A DNA stretch of 64,000 nucleotides. Origin: an uncultured delta proteobacterium. GTDB taxonomy: Bacteria > Desulfobacterota > Desulfobacteria > Desulfobacterales > JAHEIW01. Position 1 is the first letter of the stretch, and every line of letters begins with the position of its first letter. Below, one piece after another: positions 31,904 through 40,528 of the stretch. The position numbers were made by a program, and so were the translations under genes. The stretch is taken from positions 128,001 through 192,000 of the forward strand of contig CAVPNL010000008.1 in the NCBI GenBank assembly GCA_963706575.1, in the 5' to 3' direction. A model generated the notes under the pieces. The model was not told the DNA's origin, made no database searches, and saw nothing but the letters and a program-made list of their open reading frames with translations.

Positions 31904-32251
31904 TCAACCATCCAATCCGGAGCGAATATTTTTTAAAATTGCTTTGAAAGCTGGAAGGTCTTTTTTAAGAATTTGCCAGACTATTTGCAGGTCGACACCA
32001 AAATATTCATGCACAATTCGATTACGCAAACCGATAATTTTTATCCATTCGATCTCTGAATGGCGATCGGTGAAATCCTTTGGCAAACGACTAGCAGCTT
32101 CACCAATTATCTCAAGATTCCGAACTACCGCATCGATTGTTTTTTCATCATTTTGAAAACGATTCTGGGTCATGCCTTCAGTATAACGTTCAATTTTTTC
32201 GATTGATTCCCAAATATCTTCAACCAAAAGTTCCAGAGATCTTTTAGACAT
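31904..32251 (-). CDS. HEPN/DUF86 RNase toxin (HepT-like)
   Basis: AVVRNLEIIGEA, RNRIVHEY (RX4HXY). Confidence 0.92.
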   Translation of the reverse strand: MSKRSLELLVEDIWESIEKIERYTEGMTQNRFQNDEKTIDAVVRNLEIIGEAASRLPKDFTDRHSEIEWIKIIGLRNRIVHEYFGVDLQIVWQILKKDLPAFKAILKNIRSGLDG

Positions 32252-32549
32252 AGATTAGATCCTGCTCAATGTATTTCAATTTGTTCGGTTTTATTGCGCG
32301 CCGGGAAACCAATTCAACTGGGAGTCCCAACAATTGCTCAATTTGTTCGGCGAGGGTCACAAAATCAAGACCCACTGATGGATCAATATCCACTAAAATG
32401 TCCACATCACTATCAAATCGCTGATCACCACGTGCATATGACCCAAAAAGGGCCATTCTGCGTACTTTGAATCTGTTTTCCAGATTAGATTTATTCTGAG
32501 ACAAGAGACTTAGGATTTCCTCTCGGGTTTTTTCGGGCATTTTTTTCAC
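32244..32549 (-). CDS. Minimal nucleotidyltransferase antitoxin (MntA-like)
   Basis: LFGSYARGDQRFDSDVD (GSX10DXD); overlaps the toxin start. Confidence 0.92.
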   Translation of the reverse strand: MKKMPEKTREEILSLLSQNKSNLENRFKVRRMALFGSYARGDQRFDSDVDILVDIDPSVGLDFVTLAEQIEQLLGLPVELVSRRAIKPNKLKYIEQDLIYV

Positions 32550-32784
32550 AGTTTGTTCGGAATTGTAATGTATATCAAAAATTTAAACTCATTGTCTTGA
32601 TAATATGCATAATACTGTTTATCGCAGTTTTGGTCAAATGTTAATAGGATCAAGTGTGTCCAAATTGTGCCCGTCAAGGTCAAAGTTTTCCAAATAGTTC
32701 CAAACGACGCCAAAAATAGCTAAAAAATGGGAATAGAAACAACTGCTTGTAATTAAAGCATTTCCAAATTTTTAAAAATTTCGG

Positions 32785-32829
32785 CTGAAAATCCCCGTGT
32801 CGGCAGTTCGATTCTGTCCCTCGGCACCA
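32785..32829 (+). repeat. att-like copy 3 of the tRNA-Phe 3' half (45 bp exact)
   Basis: CTGAAAATCCCC...CTCGGCACCA, followed by a terminator hairpin at 32836..32873. Confidence 0.95.
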
Positions 32830-32964
32830 TAATGCAAAGCTCCAGAGACATTTCTCCGGAGCTTTTTCTTTTTGGTATGCACATTTTAGATGGTGGGTCT
32901 TGAACCGTTCATTTTAGCCCCCAAAAGGGCCGTTTAAGGCTAAAACTAAAGCAAGAAAAGAAAT

Positions 32965-33984
32965 TTGCCGATGAATTATATTATGTCGGAAAAATTAGGG
33001 CAGCAAAAAATAAAAGCATTTGGAATCGTCTCAGGCCTGGGCGTCATTCTCTATTTGCTGCGCAAAGCAATTCCAATTCTGCAGAATGTACATCCTGCCG
33101 TATTTGGATTTATCTTCGTTGTTGGTGCGTGTATATTATTTAATTTTCTGGGGCAAAAGCAATTTGGACCGACGAAAAAGAAGAAATTCAATCTCTCCGA
33201 ACAGATACCGGGTCTCTTAATTTTTTCGGTCGTATTGTTAATTGTAATCGGCGTTGCGACCAAAAGCAAAGTGGTTTTAATTATCGCTTTTGGATCTTTC
33301 CTGCCCGTGTGGTTTTATCTTGCCATCACCACTTATTTCAAACCCCTGGCAAGAACAAAAAAAGCCATCAAAGAATTCAGCGCAAAAATGGGCATACAAA
33401 TGATCAAAAAGCCCACAGCGACCACACGGTTTTCGGAAATATTCTACACCGATCTGGGGAAGATACCCTTTGATAATGTAACGAATATTATTGATATCAA
33501 CCCTAATCTTACGATTTTCTGTAACGCCTATAGTCTCCCGAATCCTAACATAAAAGGTAAGTACCTTCCTCTGGAAAACCAATTGTGCTTTAGGTTTACG
33601 ATTCCTCCGTGTTCAGGTTATCATAGAATTCTTCTGCGAAATGATATGACCACTACTGCTGGAGGCTTTTCTATCGCTACGTCTGGTGGATCAGCCTCAA
33701 TCGTGCAAATAAACATTCCGGATTTTGCTGAAAATTATATTGTTTTGTCAAAATCTGAATCTGAAATTAAGGAAATCATATCCAGGATTCATTATGTATT
33801 GAGGAAATTAGTCGATATATTTCCAAACAAAGGCCAGATTTTTCTTCTCGATAATATCCCCGCCAATCTTGATATTCATATTACCCGTAACGAGATTCTA
33901 GCTCGGATTCCCTATCAGCAAGGATGGCTTATAAATCGTCTACATCTTTCATTCAAAGAAATCCAATCTATCTTATCTAGCTAA
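32965..33984 (+). CDS. Hypothetical membrane protein (about 4 N-terminal TM helices), AT-rich
   Basis: 339-codon ORF with hydrophobic N-terminal third; start uncertain. Confidence 0.65.
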   Translation: MPMNYIMSEKLGQQKIKAFGIVSGLGVILYLLRKAIPILQNVHPAVFGFIFVVGACILFNFLGQKQFGPTKKKKFNLSEQIPGLLIFSVVLLIVIGVATKSKVVLIIAFGSFLPVWFYLAITTYFKPLARTKKAIKEFSAKMGIQMIKKPTATTRFSEIFYTDLGKIPFDNVTNIIDINPNLTIFCNAYSLPNPNIKGKYLPLENQLCFRFTIPPCSGYHRILLRNDMTTTAGGFSIATSGGSASIVQINIPDFAENYIVLSKSESEIKEIISRIHYVLRKLVDIFPNKGQIFLLDNIPANLDIHITRNEILARIPYQQGWLINRLHLSFKEIQSILSS

Positions 33985-34015
33985 GACTATATCGTGTCAA
34001 ATTCCAAACTTTTCT

Positions 34016-35935
34016 TCACTTATAGTATCCACGCTGTTCAAGGTCTTGCCTGACATCATGGAGATCCAGCCTTTCCAATTCTTTCTTCCCCGGGATTCCC
34101 TTATAGTTCCAGCCCCTTAATTTATAGTAGCTTGAAATCATTTTATTAAACTTTTTGCGGTCAAGCTTGACGTCCGGCGGCGCCGGTGTTTCATGAAAGA
34201 ATTTCTGCGGGATCTTGATGTCAGCTCTCCGGCTAATGCCTCTTCTTACATTGTAGGCCCGGGTAAGCGCATTTATTCTTTTGGCAATCGTTATGGCGCC
34301 GGCTTCATCGAGGTCCATGCCGGTGGCATAAGACATAAGATTGATCTGATCATCCACGCTGATGGGAGGGTAAAGCCAGAACCCCGTCCAAAAGATGCAA
34401 ACGCCGGACGAATCCGCGATCGCGTTGGTGTCCACGTCGCGGGACGTGAACGGGACCATCTTTTCATAGTCAAGGCCCAGGCCCACATATGCTTCGACAA
34501 ACGGTTTTTCAAACTCTTTCGGATAGTGGAAGTAACCTGCCTTTACATAATCTTGTTTCCATTTCGGCGTATTCTCCATTGCCCATAACACGGCACTGCT
34601 TTCGGCTCTGGTCATATCCAGCCTGTCGGTAACGGCCGTCCGAAGGGCACGATAAGGATTGGAAGGCTGAAACGCGATCATTTCCAGTTTCTTAATGTGA
34701 TAGGCGTGTTTTCTCGCGCCTCTCCCGATCTGTCTGGCAGCTTCATAGACCCCATCGGCTAGGATATCTCCGATTCCTTCTCTCCCGGCGATCTTGCCGA
34801 TAAGCGAAAGCGCCAGATCCTGATTTTCCCATTCCAGATCTTCCCCACCGGTATCCGCTTTGGTCAAAATGCCTCTTTCAAAAAGGTCTATTGCAAAAGC
34901 AATGTTGCATGCGGTTGAAATCGTGTCCAATCCGTATTTTTCACACAGGTTGGTACATCTGGCATTGAAAAGAAGATCACGTGTCTTCACGGCAAACATG
35001 AACGAAAACCATGACTGACATTTCACGGAACAATATTCGCCTTCAGGGAGTGATATGTTCACCTTGCATGCGAGGGCACAATTGTAACAGCTATCTGTTC
35101 GCGCACCGAATTCCTCTACGAAATCCTCATGATGCTCTCCCGCATTGTCGAACGGGCGTCTCTGACCCAAATTGCCCCAGGCCCAGTTGTTCATGAACCA
35201 TTCATGGGTTTCAAAAGCGATTCTGTCAAAATACGCTCTTATCCCGTCCGTCTTTTTGAGGATATGTTCACACAGGTCATGAAACTCAGCTGGCCGGGCA
35301 ATATGGATATCTTTTGTCCCGTGGACGGCAATGGCTTTTAATTTCTTGTCTCCCATAACGGCGCCCACACCGGCTCGACTCGCACCGGTGCCGGAGCCAT
35401 GTTCGATTGTTGCCGCGAGGACCCGGTTCTCCCCAGCCTGGCCGATACTCAGAACTTGAGCTCCGTTCTGCTTCAGCTCGTCCCGGATGATTTTCGTGGT
35501 TTCCCTGATATCTTTGCCCCAGAGATGGGCGGCGTCACGGATCTCTGCTCTGTCATCGTTAATCCAGAGGTATACCGGTTTTGAAGACTTCCCCGAGATG
35601 ATAAGGTTATCGTACCCGGCCTGTTTTAGCTGCGCTCCCCAGAAGCCGCCCAGACTGGAATAGGTTTGAAGATTCGTCTGGGGCGAAAGGGTGGTGAGTA
35701 TCGTTCGATTCGCGCCCGGGGCGGGGGTGCCGCTAAGGACGCCGACACCGAATATCATGAGATTGTCGGGAGAATACGGATCTGTCTCCGGCGGGACCCG
35801 ATCCCAGAATAATTTGGTATTGGTTCCCCGCCCGCCGAGATACATTTCCCTGGCAGTCGTATCTACCGCTGTCTTGGAACTTATCCCTGTGGACAGGTCG
35901 ATTTCCAGATTTGTGCCTACCCAGCCGTAATCCAC
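34016..35935 (-). CDS. Aldehyde:ferredoxin oxidoreductase family (tungstopterin) enzyme
   Basis: YLGGRG, GGFWGAQLKQAGYD, SIGQAGE, R.GVGAVMGDKKLKAI, CYNCALAC, GLDTIS, YYKLRGW. Confidence 0.92.
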   Translation of the reverse strand: MDYGWVGTNLEIDLSTGISSKTAVDTTAREMYLGGRGTNTKLFWDRVPPETDPYSPDNLMIFGVGVLSGTPAPGANRTILTTLSPQTNLQTYSSLGGFWGAQLKQAGYDNLIISGKSSKPVYLWINDDRAEIRDAAHLWGKDIRETTKIIRDELKQNGAQVLSIGQAGENRVLAATIEHGSGTGASRAGVGAVMGDKKLKAIAVHGTKDIHIARPAEFHDLCEHILKKTDGIRAYFDRIAFETHEWFMNNWAWGNLGQRRPFDNAGEHHEDFVEEFGARTDSCYNCALACKVNISLPEGEYCSVKCQSWFSFMFAVKTRDLLFNARCTNLCEKYGLDTISTACNIAFAIDLFERGILTKADTGGEDLEWENQDLALSLIGKIAGREGIGDILADGVYEAARQIGRGARKHAYHIKKLEMIAFQPSNPYRALRTAVTDRLDMTRAESSAVLWAMENTPKWKQDYVKAGYFHYPKEFEKPFVEAYVGLGLDYEKMVPFTSRDVDTNAIADSSGVCIFWTGFWLYPPISVDDQINLMSYATGMDLDEAGAITIAKRINALTRAYNVRRGISRRADIKIPQKFFHETPAPPDVKLDRKKFNKMISSYYKLRGWNYKGIPGKKELERLDLHDVRQDLEQRGYYK

Positions 35936-36243
35936 TTTCCTTTACTCCCATTCCTTTGTTCTTGTCCGCTCATTTACACCGTCGCCCCGATGTGCCACGG
36001 AACAAACTCATTTTCAAAAGCAATCTTAAATGATTGGGGCCTGCCGGTACACTCGACAATAGCATCGGCCAAATTCAACCAGTCGTCTAAATCCAGTCCG
36101 TGTTCGATGCATTACCAGTTTAAATCTCAGAAATCGATCGGTCAAGGCGCATAACAAAGCGATCGTGATTCTTTGATCCTTATTTATGGTTGACCGAAAT
36201 TTTTAATTTTTCTTCAGAGGAAAGAAGAAACTTTCGGAAATAC

Positions 36244-36272
36244 TTGACTGTTTTTTTTGCGTCGCGTATTAT
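36244..36272 (+). promoter_or_regulatory. Sigma70-type promoter for the IHF gene
   Basis: TTGACT-N17-TATTAT. Confidence 0.55.
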
Positions 36273-36337
36273 TAACAATATCAAGGTGATGTCAGCGAGG
36301 CAAATCACAGTTCGAAAATCTTTATATCCGGGGAGAC

Positions 36338-36616
36338 ATGATGAATAAACTGGAACTTATTGACATGTTAAAAAATGAATGCCGACTCTCAAAGAAGGAA
36401 GCTGCAGCGGTTGTTGATCTATTTTTCGACAGAATGTCTGAAGCGCTTGCAAAGGGTGAGCGGGTTGAAATTCGCGGATTATGCTCTTTCTATGTTAAAG
36501 AATACCGATCCTACCAGGGCAGAAACCCCAAAACCGGCGAAAGCGTCCGGGTAGCGCCTAAAAAGCTGCCCTTTTTCAAAAGTGGTAAGGAATTAAAAGA
36601 ACGGGTAGATTATTGA
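36338..36616 (+). CDS. ihfB: Integration host factor beta / HU-family protein
   Basis: MNKLELI, ERVEIRGL.SF, GRNPKTGE, PFFKSGKELKERV. Confidence 0.85.
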   Translation: MMNKLELIDMLKNECRLSKKEAAAVVDLFFDRMSEALAKGERVEIRGLCSFYVKEYRSYQGRNPKTGESVRVAPKKLPFFKSGKELKERVDY

Positions 36617-36655
36617 CCGGTTGATCTTAAGACGCTTGCGGGTTTGTTTTTAATA

Positions 36656-37063
36656 ATGATGCCTTCACAGGATACAATTATTCGCAATAAACTCTTTTCT
36701 CTTAAAAAATCCAAATTCAGGTCAAAATTCAAGCTAAGTCACAAAGAACTCGATTACACTTCCGCCAAAGGGCTCGAGACCATCAAAGCCCATGCATTTG
36801 ATTTTGTAAATTCCAGAGTTGCTCCTGATTTCCCCAAAAATGACGGCAAACAAACACCCATGAGAGGGCATCCGGTCTTTAGCGCCCAGCACGCTACGGC
36901 GACTTGCTGCCGGGGATGCATTCAAAAGTGGCATGGAATTGAAAAGGGCAGGGCGCTGAATGCGGCTGAAATAGATTATGTTGTAGCCTTGATTATGGGA
37001 TGGATTGAGCGGCAGATGAGTGCTAAAAGAGTCAAATCGCATAAAATCGCGCAGGATGGATAA
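36656..37063 (+). CDS. DUF4186-family protein
   Basis: [38 protein letters not shown]. Confidence 0.85.
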   Translation: MMPSQDTIIRNKLFSLKKSKFRSKFKLSHKELDYTSAKGLETIKAHAFDFVNSRVAPDFPKNDGKQTPMRGHPVFSAQHATATCCRGCIQKWHGIEKGRALNAAEIDYVVALIMGWIERQMSAKRVKSHKIAQDG

Positions 37064-37079
37064 GATGCAAGGAGGATTT

Positions 37080-37646
37080 ATGAAACATACGTTGTTGTCT
37101 ATTATAATTGCTTTGGCAGTTACTTCTGCAGCAATCGCAGGCGATAATCCTATAGTAGAGATGGATACGACCAAGGGGAAAATCTTACTGGAGTTGAATG
37201 CAGGCAAGGCGCCCAAAACCGTTAAGAATTTTTTGGCATACGTGGACGCCGGGTTTTATGACGGCACCATTTTCCACCGTGTTATCCCTAACTTCATGAT
37301 CCAGGGCGGGGGATTTTCCGCTGATATGAAGCGCAAGGACGCCCGAGCACCAATTGACAATGAAGCCGATAACGGTTTGCTGAATGAACGCGGCACCATC
37401 GCCATGGCGCGCACCTCAAACCCGCACAGCGCCACGGCCCAGTTTTTCATCAACACCAAAAACAATGATTTTTTGAATCACAAGGGCAAATCCCCCCAGG
37501 GCTGGGGCTATGCGGTATTTGGGCGTGTGGCTGAGGGCATGGACGTGGTGGCGGCCATCTCCGGGGTAAAAACCGGTACCCGCGGCCCGTTCCGTGATGT
37601 GCCCACCGATCCTGTCGTGATCCGCAAAGTCGTTCGATTGCAGTAA
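37080..37646 (+). CDS. Exported cyclophilin-type peptidyl-prolyl isomerase
   Basis: GGAGG RBS, signal peptide, [32 protein letters not shown]. Confidence 0.93.
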   Translation: MKHTLLSIIIALAVTSAAIAGDNPIVEMDTTKGKILLELNAGKAPKTVKNFLAYVDAGFYDGTIFHRVIPNFMIQGGGFSADMKRKDARAPIDNEADNGLLNERGTIAMARTSNPHSATAQFFINTKNNDFLNHKGKSPQGWGYAVFGRVAEGMDVVAAISGVKTGTRGPFRDVPTDPVVIRKVVRLQ

Positions 37647-37650
37647 AGGT

Positions 37651-38880
37651 TCAAGGCGCGGCTGTTTCCGACGCTGTTTCCGATCCTTCCAGAATTTCTA
37701 GCGCTTTTTTAAGCACCTGCTCAGGCGGGATTTGTTTTAAACACAGATTATCCCCGTCGCAGGGTGAATTGCGATGATTGTAAGCGGTCAGGCAGGGCGA
37801 ACAGGGCAGGGGGTTATAGAATATCGTGGCTTTCGCATCAACCGGGCTATACAGGTCGGGCGTTTGCGGGCCGTAAAATATGATGGTCGGTATGGGCGTC
37901 ATGGCGGCGAACTGCCCCGGACCGCCTTCATTGGTGATCAACAGTTCGGCAAATTGAAAGATCAGCATGAGCTCGCCGACCGTACGGGTATATCCGGTCA
38001 GGTCGATGCAGGCCGGATTATTGCATTTCGACAGAATGGCGCTGGCCAGTTCCCGGTCTTCTTTCAACCCGACAATGCCCACCGCATATCCTTTTTTAAT
38101 CAGCTCACCGGCAACCTGGCTGTAGTAATTGCGGGGCCAGGCTCTAATCGGCAGGATGCCTGCGCCGGGGCAAATCAGCACCAGGCGCTTTTGGGCAACG
38201 GCGCTGAAATCGGCCCGCAATCTGGCCTGCGTAGCATCAATTTCATACTGGCTAAAATCAATAAACGGCACTCTCAAATTCGTGCGTCCCAGCGGTTGTT
38301 TGGCCTTGGGCACGCCGACGGAATCGACGGCTGCTGCCAGGGTCAGAAACTGCCTGGACATATGGTGATAGGGGTTGAACAAAACAGGGCGATTAATAAA
38401 ATTGCCGCGATACAGGCCTTCCTGGGTGTGGGGATGAAAGCCGACGCGAATCCTGGCACCGCTGAGAAATGAAAATATACTGCTGATTCTGGCAAACAGC
38501 TCACAGTCGATCACCACATCAATTTTGAGTTTGCGGATTCGATTCAACACCCGCAGGCAGTCTATGGTAAATACGCCGAAAGAGGTGTCGCGGATGGTCA
38601 GAATATTTTCTGGCGCGGTAACATCAAGCAGGGTTAAGATTTCTTTATTTTTTTCGAATAAAAGCCCGTACAGCTCGGCTCCTGGATAGCGCTTTTTAAT
38701 CTGCCGAAACATGGGGTAGGCCAGAACAAGACTCTCCGTCTGGGAGAGCAGAATTACCAGAAACTTCTTGGCCTGAAACCCGTCATCCTCATCTTTGCTT
38801 TTGCGATAAAAAAGCGAAAAAACCCGGCAGATAAATGTACCGATATACCGATCCACTTTGCGCTGAAAATTGATATTCAT
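37651..38880 (-). CDS. Glycosyltransferase family 9 (heptosyltransferase-like)
   Basis: RAWP..Y, DLTG.T, ITNEGGP..FA, CSPC..C..C; the ORF-track start at 38916 lies inside a MITE. Confidence 0.85.
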   Translation of the reverse strand: MNINFQRKVDRYIGTFICRVFSLFYRKSKDEDDGFQAKKFLVILLSQTESLVLAYPMFRQIKKRYPGAELYGLLFEKNKEILTLLDVTAPENILTIRDTSFGVFTIDCLRVLNRIRKLKIDVVIDCELFARISSIFSFLSGARIRVGFHPHTQEGLYRGNFINRPVLFNPYHHMSRQFLTLAAAVDSVGVPKAKQPLGRTNLRVPFIDFSQYEIDATQARLRADFSAVAQKRLVLICPGAGILPIRAWPRNYYSQVAGELIKKGYAVGIVGLKEDRELASAILSKCNNPACIDLTGYTRTVGELMLIFQFAELLITNEGGPGQFAAMTPIPTIIFYGPQTPDLYSPVDAKATIFYNPLPCSPCLTAYNHRNSPCDGDNLCLKQIPPEQVLKKALEILEGSETASETAAP

Positions 38881-38901
38881 ATGATTGATCACTGTTCTGA
38901 T

Positions 38902-39143
38902 TAGAACCCATCTCAAAAATGTCTTTTGGTCCCATATCTTTGTTGGTGCCTCGCTTTAAATCCTCAACATACAACAGTATGCCTCCGGTTTATGACCCAC
39001 CGACAGTATAAGATCAGATGGGGAATCCAGCAACGCTGGGCGACCCACAAAGAGAATTTAATCAGGCGGGAAGTCCAGCAACGCTGGAAAGCTCGGCCCC
39101 GCCGCGATCTTGAACCAAAATCCTATTTTTGAGATGGGTTCTA
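38902..39143. mobile_element. TA-flanked MITE (family B) with perfect 19-bp TIR
   Basis: TAGAACCCATCTCAAAAAT / ATTTTTGAGATGGGTTCTA; two internal CCAGCAACGCTGG hairpins. Confidence 0.85.
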
Positions 39144-39218
39144 GAATCAAGCTTCTGCTTTTCAAAAAACGTTTAAATTATAGCTTAAAAAACGGGGTAT
39201 TGAAAACACTTAATTTCT

Positions 39219-39503
39219 TCAACCCATATTGGCCGCTGGCGGCATTAACTCCACCAGGGTCGCCCCCCACCCGCCGGCTTCCGGGGGTGCATCTTTGAAG
39301 TTTATGACTGTCGGGTTGTTTTGCAAGATGCGGTGCACCTGTCTTTTTTGGATGCCCTTGCCTTTGCCGTGGATGACCCGCACCGAAAAAATGCCGGCTT
39401 TGATGCATTCATCAAAATAGTTTTCTAGCAGATCCGCAATATCCTTCGGCCGAAAAGTATGCAGATCCAGGACATCTTCGATTGGAATTTGAATCGGTTC
39501 CAT
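39219..39503 (-). CDS. Smr domain protein
   Basis: LDLH.F, VRVIHGKGKG, GGWGAT. Confidence 0.9.
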   Translation of the reverse strand: MEPIQIPIEDVLDLHTFRPKDIADLLENYFDECIKAGIFSVRVIHGKGKGIQKRQVHRILQNNPTVINFKDAPPEAGGWGATLVELMPPAANMG

Positions 39504-39643
39504 GCCTTAAATCGCGATGGCTTTCTTTTGGATTTGATCCCTGTTCTTGATCTGTGGTTATATAGTGGTATAAGCTTATAACCTTAATTGATCACAAACA
39601 AGATCAAAAACAGGGCGAAGATTTTACAATAAAGGGAATTTAT

Positions 39644-40295
39644 ATGTCGGGGCCGAGCACTTATGCCGATTGGACCTTCAGCGGGTTGCTGCTATTCGCT
39701 TATCTACTGGGCTCCATCCCCTGTGGCCTGATTTTAAGCCGCATCTTTGCCCGCGAAGATATTCGGCTGAAGGGCAGCGGAAATATCGGGGCGACCAATG
39801 TAACGCGGCAAGCCGGGTTAATCCCGGGTTTGCTGACATTGGCCGGCGATATTTTAAAAGGCGCCATTCCGGTTTATCTGGCACTGGTGGCATTTGGTCC
39901 GGCCGGCGGATCTGCTGATTTTTATCCGGCAGCCGTTGCGCTGGCTGCGTTTTTGGGCCATCTTTTCCCTGCATATCTAAAATTTCGCGACGGCGGCAAA
40001 GGAGTTGCCACCGCCGCTGGATGTTTTGCAGTGGTTTCACCCGGGGCAGTTCTGGCCGCAGGCGTCGTTTTCATTGCCATGCTGTCTATGGCCCGGCGGG
40101 TTTCAGTTGGTTCGCTTTCAGCCGCTGCTGGTCCTGCCGCTTGCGGTATGGATAGCCACGGATTCCGCTATAATGACCGCCACCGCCGGTATTGTTGCTC
40201 TTTTTATTTTTATCCGTCATCGTGATAACTTGAAACGACTTTTGGCCGGAAAAGAACCCGAATTCAGGCTAAAAAAAGAACGTTCCGGGAAATGA
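39644..40295 (+). pseudogene. plsY: Glycerol-3-phosphate acyltransferase with an apparent frameshift near 40130 (probable sequence error)
   Basis: YLLGSIP, GSGNIGATN, GHLFP, GGKGVAT in frame 1; RHRDNLKRLLAGKEP in the +1 frame. Confidence 0.85.
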
Positions 40296-40384
40296 TTTTT
40301 TCACCTGCCAAGCGCTGCAGCAATCGCCATCGCCGGTTTAAGTGTTCAGGTGTCAGATGACAGAGGCCAGATGAAAACCGGAAA

Positions 40385-40439
40385 GTAGGGCAGCCCTCCG
40401 CGGCTGCCTTTTCATGGCTGGCGCTGAGGCCAGCCCTAC
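40385..40439. repeat. GTAG-type REP doublet within heptamer arms
   Basis: Close match to 8358..8412, including the flanking GAAAACCGGAAA. Confidence 0.85.
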
Positions 40440-40528
40440 ATTCGCCAAGTCGAGGGCTGACACCTGACACCCGCCTGCGCGGCCGAAGCCGCTTCGGCGC
40501 GGCGAAGGCCCGACACCTGAACCCCCCC

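Larger units (their letters stand above)
31832..32829. mobile_element. tRNA-Phe-anchored cassette 3 (~1 kb, toxin-antitoxin only)
   Basis: Between att copies 2 and 3; arm region homologous to the end of cassette 1. Confidence 0.7.

Noticed and set aside
26580..32829. Extra tRNA-Phe genes
   Set aside because: Each copy lacks the 5' acceptor strand and D arm; they are att-like fragments.
22916..32829. Classical integron or prophage
   Set aside because: No intI, no recognisable attC sites and no phage structural genes; boundaries are tRNA-derived.
35980..35998. Sigma54 promoter for AOR (TGGCAC on minus strand)
   Set aside because: No TTGC -12 element at the required spacing.
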